Source: the human T2T-CHM13v2.0 reference genome, Homo sapiens | DNA length: 64,000 nt | Assembly (NCBI RefSeq): GCF_009914755.1 | Contig: NC_060945.1 | Strand: one strand, 5' to 3' | Shown: positions 54,336-64,000 of the stretch, in pieces | How positions within the stretch are numbered: position 1 is the stretch's first letter | Layout of the letters: each line of letters starts with the position of its first letter | Translations under genes and position numbers: made by a program | Notes under the pieces: model-generated | Told to the model about the DNA's origin: nothing | Database searches by the model: none | What the model saw: the letters and a program-made list of their open reading frames with translations, nothing else

Positions 54336-56629
54336 AAGGACTTTTTTTGCTGATGTAGAAATTTAACAGTACTTTTCATTCAAGTTTTCTTAAATAATTT
54401 GTGTTTCATATTTGTATTTAAAAAACAACTCTGGTATAGCTTCTTACATCATTTTGAAGTGGTTTTTATTGTTAGTGTGAAGACAATTTATCTACCAAGA
54501 GACAGAAAGTATTTTCTTTAAAAAACAATAGTAAATTTATAATTTTAAAAACTATACATTTAGGAAATAAAATGTAAATTCTATTCAACCTTAGCCACAA
54601 TTAGAAATATAGCTTCTTCAACAAAAGAATAGAAGAGCGCAAATGCAAATAATTCTGAACTTATTTAATCTTTTTTGGCCTTAAAGAAAGCATTGGAAAA
54701 TGTATATTTATTGTCTATGTTCTTCTATCACTTAATGTTTTACAAGATGAATTTCTGAAGCTACCTGGAAATAAAGTGCAAGTAACAATAACAGGCTTTG
54801 TAACCTGCATAGACAGAATACTTTTTTAAAAAAGAATTCCAGGTAGGAACCGTTTTTAAAGATAAATCTCAACAGGCAGAATTGTTTGCAATTAGTCCCT
54901 TTAAAAATATTCCTTTCAAAATTTAAAACTTAAATCAAGAGTGAAGTTATCATAAAACTGCTATAAAGAGGGATTTTTCCCAACGTCTGTTACTGCTTCT
55001 TCATTTCTTGCAGCTTGTATCCAATGCATGTTGCTGACATTATGCTCTGCAGATTCTCATTACACCAAGTTCTTCTGTGTTCATCTGCTTCCTCAAGGCC
55101 ATTATCCATTACATCTGTCTCAGCTCAGCTGATGCTCTGGCAGTGGTTCTCTGCGTTGAGCATTGCTGCCACACACCTTTGGTCTTTAAACCTGAACTGG
55201 AATGAAGCTTAAACTGAAATGTAGAGGGCAAATGGTGTGCAAAACAAACTTTAAGTAGTAGTGATTAATCTTTCCAATGAATTTTTCTGTTTTTAGCCCA
55301 TTAATTTTCAATAAACATTAATGAAGTACTTATCATGTATTAGCCACTATGTTACCTCCAAAAATAAAGATGATAGATAAACGATATTTGGTTTCGGCAC
55401 TCATTTAATATCATTTTGTGTGTATATGTATGGGTAGACAAACTAATAACATTATGACATGGATAATCACATGATCACTAGAAGCTATGTAGTGTGTGAG
55501 CCCAAAGGACTGCAAGTAAAAGGTGGTAATGAATATGCACTTTCTCATCCCCCCAATAACATCACTAACACCCAAATCCAACCTCTGGGGAGTTAGATCC
55601 ATGAAGGCAAGGATGCTTTGATTTTACAATGGTTCTACTCCCGGGTCCCTAAAATTACCAAGCACTGAACAAATATGTGTTGAATTAATGAAAGAATTAG
55701 ATTTGAACAAAATTTATATTCTCAGTAAACTCAAACTCCTTATTAAAAGACTCTTAACAAAAACAAACAAAACTATGAGCACTTGCATAATTCTCAGAAA
55801 TACTATTTGTTTCCAAAAGCTTAAACTTCTAAATAAAAAATGTATAGAAAGAAAACACTGCGTAAAAAATAATTTTTTGAATTAAACAAATTTTAAAACT
55901 TGTAGACTTCGCATTTATTAAGATTTTATCCAAAGATTGCTGAGTTTTAAAAGGCTGTTTCATGTGCTTTTCTGCCTTAACTCTTTCCTTTACAACAAAT
56001 TGAGAGAGTCTGGAGAGAATGGTATTATCTGGCTCGTGGTTTTTCTTTAATAAACATAGTTAGTTTCAAGTACTAAATTTGAAATGAAGTAAAAGAATGA
56101 ATAGGCAAGCAGAAAGCTCATGTGACTTCTAACTAGAATTTTCAAAAGGGAAGGGAAAAGAGAGGAGAAGGCAACAATCATTTCTCATGCATTTTTTATT
56201 TACTGGTCAGCAGGTGAAGGATAAGCCACACCCACATCCTAGCACCCACAGAGAGAAATAGGCCATGGATCCCCTTTGGAAAAGAAAGAAGACAAACATA
56301 TCTTCAAATCTGAATCTAACAATTTCAATTCCTTGAAAATTAAATCTTAAGAACACCTATCACTCCTCTTAGGATAATCAAAATAATTCCAACTTCCCAA
56401 AAGTTTCTGTAATAAAAGCTGGGGAAAGGAATTTGAAAAGTTCCACTTCCTACCAGCTGGACAGTTGTTTAAATTTTATATAGAACGTATCCCTTTATAA
56501 AAGCTATGCATTTTTTTTTAGTTTTGTTTATTTGCTTAAAATTTATGGAATTATAGCATCCTCTACATACTTCCTTTTTTTGTACAAAGAGTTAGAATGA
56601 GCCCTGGTTCTTAGAGAAAACTACACATC

Positions 56630-56699
56630 TTGAGAAGAAAGAAAGCAAGAAAGAAGGAAGGAAGGAAGAAGAAAGAGAGAGAGAGAAAGAAAGAAAAAA
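56630..56699. repeat. GA-rich (GAAA/GGAA/GA)n tract
   Basis: Seen directly. Confidence 0.88.
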
Positions 56700-56949
56700 T
56701 TTCTATAACCAAAAAATGACAACAATTTAAATCATGACATAAATGGAGCTTGAATTTACACTGAAAATTGAGATTTGCTGGAAGGAGCTAAAAATTATAC
56801 CACAAAAAATAATCCAAAATAATCACTAAAAGGAAGTAAAATAATTTTAAAATGATAAGCACATTGCTGATATCAAAAGCCAAAAAAAAATTATCCAGCA
56901 GACAGAAATATAAAGAAAACCCACAGGAGATAGATAAAACTAAACCTGT

Positions 56950-58800
56950 TTACTCCCCGGAGATAACTGTCCTAGATTCACTAAGCACCTTGGTATCTGT
57001 GATTTTGAATCCGCAGGGGACAGAATATGATTGCACAGACATCTGCATACAAAAGCGAGAACTGGATTCCACATAATGCTAGGACCGGGAAAGAGCAATT
57101 CTACTGAGAAAACTACTCTAAAGATATGGCACGGAAGTAGGCTATACACCTTGTCTACAGGCAAGTAGAGAATGCTACAAGAAATGAAAGGCCCTCAAAA
57201 TGTGACATGTCTGGATGTAAGGCCATATTCTGGGAAGAAATATGTGTAGTTAAAATTGAGCTTTTGTTATTCAGAAGAAGGAGAGAATATTTATTGGTTC
57301 ACTAATTATTAATGTCTTTTGGCATGTAGAAAATAAATCACAAAGACAGAATTTAAGTACCAAGGTACATTGGTTGGAAAAAAATAGCCTGGTCTAGTTG
57401 ATTTACACTTATTTGTGGCAATAGCTAAGGTTTTGGATGGAAAATAGTATTTAACTTAGGGAGGCAACTGGGAATTTTATTATGAGGGGGTTCGGAGAAG
57501 AGATGTGTGGATAATTCTTTCTTTATAGCCCTAGAACATGAGAATAATTTTTCTTATATTAGTGCTCATCAAAAAATCTTTCTGTGGGTGAGACTCTTAA
57601 TAGTAGAATGGTCAGGATGACTTGCCATATGGATCTAAATATTCTCCTTCCAGTTGTCCTCTGTGATTGGTCACTGAGTCTCTTAACACTTGGATGGAGG
57701 GCAGCTACATGAGTGTCTTACTTGTGGAGTCATGCTCATTGACACATCCCTAATTTTCCTTCAGCAGAAACCAACACAATGAGGATAAATTATATCTAGT
57801 GGTAATTTCATTGTAAATCAATTTTCCACTCTATAGATGAATGCAAGTTGTTCTCAATGGGCAAACATAATGTAGATTTCACATTTAAAAAATTGGCTTA
57901 CAGGCTTCTTCCTCTAGAGCTATGCATGGTCTTTCTTAATACCATATATATTTCCACAGTATTCCATCAAGCATTTTTTCTAATCAAGATATATACCTTT
58001 ACTGCAAAAATATTCTCTATCCCACAAAGGAAGGTGGTCTCACATGGAATAACCTACAGATATTTCAATTACAATATCAAAGAGGAGAGAAAGTATGCAA
58101 CAGGGGTTGCTGCCTGCCAAAATGTTCTCTATGCACTGAATAACAAACATACGATACTTCTTGTTCTCTTATTACCATTGAGACGGCCAGGTGGGAAGGG
58201 CTCCCTGCAGAGTCTCTGACCCACCTGTGCACTGGGGGGAGCTGACATTGGAGTGGAGCCACAGAGGTTCACTTCATTTGCAGCAGGGAGGAGCCTGGCT
58301 CCTCCTCTTCCTAGGTGGGCCCTAGAATTCAAAGTGCAAGACAGGAAGCACACCCACAGGGACTCTGGCTATGTGGAGGGTCCATGTTACCCGGTTTTTC
58401 CCTTTTCACCCAATAAAACCCTGCCTTATTCATCCTTCAAATCAGCTGCAAGCCTAAATTTTCATGGCCATGTGACAAGGACCCCATCTTTAGCTGAACT
58501 AAGGGAAAGTCCCGCAACACCGTAATACATGCCCTAGGAAGAATTCCTCTCTTATGATTGTACTTAGGTACTTGTTTGCAGAAATCGTCTTCTCAAACTT
58601 ACCTCAAGGCTCTAGGTTCTTTGTTTTAGAGCATTTGGTATATAATAGAGAAATGCTCCTGCCAAATGCTACAAAATCAGTTCCATTTAAAATCAGGCAG
58701 ATACTTTACCATTTCAGTATCTCTACCTTACTAAAAAAAACAGGTAAAACAGTACAAAGTACTATCTTCAGTTACTGATTTTGACTATGCAAAAGTAATA
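56950..58800 (+). mobile_element. Ancient ERVL internal (pol: RNase H/integrase) remnant, interrupted by MER61
   Basis: ORF 57848-58219 keeps echoes of ERVL integrase (YTFTAK ~ THFTAK, SHGITY ~ AHGIHW, QNVLYALNN ~ QKAVYALNQ); ERVL-like sequence continues after the LTR. Confidence 0.6.
58179..58519 (+). mobile_element. MER61 ERV1 solo LTR
   Basis: TGAGACGGCCAGGTGGGAAGGG...CCCAATAAAACCC...TTTAGCTGAACTAAGGGAAAGTCCCGCAACA; 4-bp TSD CCAT/CCGT. Confidence 0.85.
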
Positions 58801-59909
58801 AAAGTGCTGCTTTTAAACAGAATCAGGAAACATATGCCCAGAAAATTCTCTGACATGCCTCCTAATAGTAACATGTCCAAAAGTAAACATTAAAATAAGT
58901 CTACTTTATGATGGCCCACATCACCCCACCAGATAAAGAATTTTACCCAAAGATGGAAGGTGAAGATAACATAGACTAGGTAATATTGCAGAGAACAAAT
59001 AGGAGATATAGGATTGTGAAGGGTTGCAAAAAGGAGGACTATAGACCTGATCTGTATTTTTCCTTCCTAGTCATTAGTATATTTGTGCATGTCATTAATT
59101 TTCTCATTAAACTCATCTACATGCCCTTCATGTAAATGCATCATGTCAATAGTTCTTAATTTGAAAAGCTTACGCATAGGCCTAATAATATGGAGAATCA
59201 TATTTTGTAGTAAAATATTTTGACTAGTATTGGATGTGAGTCATAGATTCTTGACAGAGGGTCTGAGGCCTTATTGATAAGAGGTATACTCATTCCCCTT
59301 GGAGATTAAAGTGAGTTCACTTCCAGTAATTCTGGATATAAATGGTTTATGTTAGGTGGTATTTGTTTTGTTTTCATTAAAGACCTAATGGATGGATGGA
59401 TGGTTGGACTACAGATAGATGAATGTTCGGCAGACAAAAAATCGAACTGTGATTGATACATTTTATTTTTCATTTTTGCCTTCCTAGTATCAAAACAATA
59501 TTTTTATTTGTTGAGAAATCCCCCAATGGTTATAATTCAAGATGGGGTAATAATTTGCCTCACACTAATGAAACTGAAGCAACTGAGATTCAATGATATA
59601 AATACTTAAGCTCACTTTGTGTTTCAGAACTCAGAATGCCAGATTTTTTTTCTCTTCTACATCATAAAAGATGTCACAAACATCTACATATTCATCCTCG
59701 AGTAATACTGACTAGCTTAACTATATTATTGGAAATAAATTAAGAAATTTTCTTTCTTCTATTCCCTTGTATAGTTTAATGATCAAATATGGATGAAAGT
59801 GCTAAAGTTGTGTGTGCATAGATACATACAAAAACTTATACACACAAATATATATACAGACAGATTTGTATATATACTAAACCTCAATGTATATAAAATA
59901 ACCAAATAC

Positions 59910-60223
59910 TTTTTTTATGATTTATTATTTATTTATTTTTTTAAGACAGAGTCTTGCTCTGTTGGCTAGGCTGGAGTGCAGTGGCGTGATCTCAGCTCAC
60001 GGCAACCTCCGCCTCCCAGGTTCAAGCAATTTTTGTGTTTCGGCCTCCTGAGTAGCTGAGATTACAGGCACCCGGCACCACTCCTGGGTAATTTTTGAAT
60101 TTTTAGTAAAGACAGGGTTTACCATGTTGCCCAGGCTGTTCTCTAATTCCTGGCCTCAAGTGATCCACCTGCCTTGGCCTCCCAGTGTGCTGGGATTACA
60201 GGCATGAGCCCCCACACCTGGCC
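59910..60223 (-). mobile_element. AluS/J, full length
   Basis: Antisense dimeric Alu with a (TTTA)n tail; short TSD CAAATA. Confidence 0.94.
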
Positions 60224-61517
60224 CAAATATAGTTATTTTTACAACAAAAGTCATGAAGGAAAATATTGTTCCCTCTAATAAATGAAGGAAACAACTAAGT
60301 AGTGATTGTACTTAAGTATCCAGCACTGCTACTATGTTGATAATTTGAGCTATCCGAAGTACTTACTAAGAGAGTTTGTCTCCTCAGATACACAGTATTT
60401 CAAGCAGAATGATCATTAGTCAGCAAAAGGCAAAAGATAATTAGTTCTACTCTTTGTAGTTTCCACACTAAGCAGTCTGCTTAGAGGCATAGGAGATGAT
60501 TTGAAACAGCAGTTCATTACATACAGGTACCCATTGCTCTCAGAATTATTTGTTATGTCTTACACTGTTTTATTTCATTGCTTCTTTTCTGGCTACATTG
60601 TTTAATTTTTTTTTCTTAGACCATTTTTTTCCTATTCCTAAGCCTCAAATGTTCTAAATTATTTGGTTTATTTTACATAATTTTGTTTCTTTAAACAGTT
60701 TTAATATATCTCCAATTGCTTAATATTTAAATATAGTGTTATTATTTATTTATTTTGTATTTATAATTCCCTTATAAGGATTTCTAAGTTGACATTTATT
60801 TAGCTACTTTTTAAACTTTATCTCTCTTTATTATATTTTCTAAATACACTAATATGCTTTCATTTTCTTTTGCTTTTTGTAATAAGACTGTTATTAATGT
60901 ACTTTGACCTAGTTATAACTGAATGTAGATTTAAGAACAAGGATTCCACATGTTGTAAATAGGTAAAGCTGGGTCTTTCCCCTCCCTTCTACATAATACT
61001 TCAATTGTTTTGCTAATTAATGACCTTCTATTTCCAAAGTGAATTTTTTTCTAAAAATCATCATTTTTCCCTCTTATGGCTTAGTCACTGATACATTTCT
61101 CTAGACTCCTTCTGTATCCATTTATATTTTTGCCAATATACTCTTTGGTATTAATATATTGCATTCCATATGCCTCCAGTTCCCAAACTGCACGTCAAGG
61201 CAGTCACAGGGACATCATAGAATGTCCTAAAGTTTCAAGGAAGCATAGCAATACTTGGCATGTCCAAATATCACGGACACTACTTACTCCAGGTAACTCA
61301 GTTTCAACATTATCTCATACTATATTTCTTTAGAGGATGTCACGTTTTTGTGAATTCATTTCTTGGCTGCAAGAACACATATCCCATTAGTAAGTAATTG
61401 TGATTTTTTTGGCAATGAAATACAAATATTTGGTTTTCTTTCCATTAATGTGAAGTATTTTTTTTCAAAAGGCTACAGAATTGTTGGTATATAAATTCGT
61501 AAGTTATTTGGAACTAA

Positions 61518-61850
<333 letters not shown>

Positions 61851-62171
61851 TAACTCAGGTAATTCTTTTACTCTAGGAGTGCTGTGAAAGATGAAACACT
61901 TATGGCACCATGAATGCAGAATGTTTGGTAAAAGCTGCCACAAATCCTCAGAGGATGAGTTGAGTTACTGCCAAGTGCTTCCTCTACTGTGTATGGAACT
62001 GAACTATTTCAGATTTCAATAGCAAATGCTCATCCTGGCTAGGAAAAAAGAAATTTTAATAGGACCAATTGTATTCTTTTATCCATGGCATTGTTTAGAT
62101 ATTTAAATTACCAAACTTATTTTTTTCTGGCTAAATTATCTCAGGCCTTGTAAACAAAACATGGTAAGATC

Positions 62172-62630
62172 TGTGGAAGAAAAAGAGAAGTTTATTTTCT
62201 ATTTTGCTATAACAAAAGCAACAACAAAAACCCACCTGCAGATTGGGAAGGCACAGCCTTCAGTGTAAGTGAAGTGTGCTCTCTGAAGGATAAAGAAAAG
62301 ACTATAGGTTTTATAAAAAGGAGAAATGTTACACATGGTTCTTTGGGAAATTTCATTGGCACTAATAATGTTTTGAGGAGCTGGCAAGCTCTGATTGCTA
62401 AGTCACTGCAGCAGAAAAACTAGTCTGAGTATAAGTTGCGGCAGGTTGTTTCAGCAGTCATCTGATAAAACCACTTTCAGGTTACAGCAGGCATTCTTAG
62501 CTGCCAGCCTTGCAGAGAAACACATTTTTGGATCAATGTGTTGTGCCCTGAGTGCTTATTCCCCATGGCTTCTCCAGTCCATTTTAGTTGGGTATGACAA
62601 AAATGACCCAGCTCTTATAATCAGCTTTCA
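62172..62630 (-). mobile_element. ERV1 MER4-group solo LTR (LTR23/LTR24-like)
   Basis: The minus strand starts TGAAAGCTGATTATAAGAGCTGGGTCATTTTTGTCATACCCAACTAAAA, ends in CA and has AATAAA near its 3' end. Confidence 0.7.
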
Positions 62631-62674
62631 GTCTTTATAGTTTTCTTCATAGACCAGTTCCTCCATTTTCTTAC

Positions 62675-63149
62675 TGTGGTGGAGATGGCTAAGATTATCT
62701 GTTACCTCCTTGTTTGTAGTAGAAGTAGAGCTCTCCTGATTTTTGAGCTGGGCAGCTGGCTGCCTTTCTTTATGTTGGCAGGCTCTCCTGTGGTGGGGTG
62801 TGGCTATATCACTGTGTTCACACTAATCGATGTAAGCTGGAATGAGGTGTGCAATTTCCAAGTCATCCTTGACTCACACACTTGCCAGAGATTTCCTTTC
62901 TTTTTTACACATGCCTCCTATTGGACAGAGCAAGGGCATTGACTCTTGCTTGGCCATTCAGGTATAAAGGAAACCTTTGTGGATAGCAAAGAAATGAAAT
63001 TAACTAGGGTTTTAAACAATTCTGTGCAGCAAAGTCCCCACCTGCTTGGACTAGCTAGAGTGTTATATGATACAGAAATGAATTTTTATCTTATATAATC
63101 CAGTGTATTTTTAGACTTATTGTTATAGCCTAGTTATTATTCTAACACA
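62675..63149 (+). mobile_element. Old MaLR LTR (MLT1H/I-like)
   Basis: TG...CA ends; 3' part AGAAATGAATTTTTATC...TTGTTATAGCCTAG...TCTAACACA. Confidence 0.5.
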
Positions 63150-63166
63150 TTTAGCATTTAAATTAT

Positions 63167-63499
63167 CTTTTTTTTTCTTTTTCTTTTCTTTTCTTTTTTC
63201 TTTTTTTTTTTGAGACAGCGTTTCCCTCTGTCTCCCAGGATGATGTGCATTGGTGCAATCTTGGCTAATTGCAGTCTCAACATCCTGGGGGCAAGCAATT
63301 CTCCCACCTCAGCATCCCCAATAGATCAATAAATGGAACCACAGGCATGTGCCATCACACTTGGCTAATTTTTGTATTTTTTGTAGAGACACCGTTTTGC
63401 AATGTTGCCCAGGCTGATCGCCAACCCTGCACTCAAGTGATCTGTCCGCCTCTGTCTCCCAAAGTGTTGGGATTACATGCATGAGCCACAGTGCCCAGC
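63167..63499 (-). mobile_element. AluJ, diverged
   Basis: Antisense Alu with J-type features (GCAATTCTCCCACCTCAGC, TTTTTTGTAGAGAC, ATGTTGCCCAGGCTG). Confidence 0.9.
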
Positions 63500-64000
63500 A
63501 AAACTTGTTTTGTTGACATTTTTACTAATTGTAGCAAATAAATAATCACAGACAAATTAAATTATATGTTAACACACAGTCATGGATTTTGACTGATTAT
63601 TTACTTTTCCTGATAATTTGTGAGTACATCAGCTTTTGTAACCTCAAAGAATGTGTTTAATATAACCTAGACACGAAAGCCTAATGTAAGCAGATGCCTC
63701 ATGACTTGAATCTACCCAGAGTCCATATACAGCTAATCATACATGCACTAAAAAGATTCATTGCCAATTGTTTTTTATGAATTATAGATATTAGATGATA
63801 TGGCTTGAAGAAAAATAGCATCAATCAGCAAACCTCCCCTTTGGGCATCTTCATATTGATCACAAAGTTCTTTGGGGTCCTGCCTTCTGAAATTAATATA
63901 TATATATATAAATTAATATATATAACTATATATTAGTTATATACTTTTATTTTTAGCGATATTCATCTTTGATTCTTATTTAAACACTATTATGCAAAAC

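Noticed and set aside
58179-58519. p53 response element in MER61
   Set aside because: Some MER61 subfamilies carry one, but I found no paired RRRCWWGYYY in this copy.

Overview
Primate (most likely human) nuclear DNA. It is AT-rich and CpG-depleted, with no recognisable protein-coding exon, structural RNA gene or CpG island, so it resembles gene-desert or deep-intronic sequence. Roughly half is interspersed repeat: two multi-kb L1 remnants (one with a 5' inversion), older L1M and L2/MIR fragments, 11 Alus (one young AluY with a 19-bp TSD), many solo MaLR/ERV1/ERVL LTRs, an ERVL pol remnant, and TcMar-Tigger DNA transposons (MER6A, Tigger2a, MER2 nested in MER82). Every listed ORF with recognisable homology derives from a repeat or low-complexity sequence; the rest are short and unsupported. 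I found no convincing new gene system. The best observations are mutational scars: a 68-bp locally templated insertion inside an L1 3' end, a twin-primed L1PB, a 103-bp tandem duplication with clustered hairpin-forming differences, and several fold-back patches. There is also an intact DUX4-type motif in a THE1 LTR with possible downstream non-coding exons. Repeat subfamily names come from recalled consensus sequences and need RepeatMasker/Dfam confirmation.
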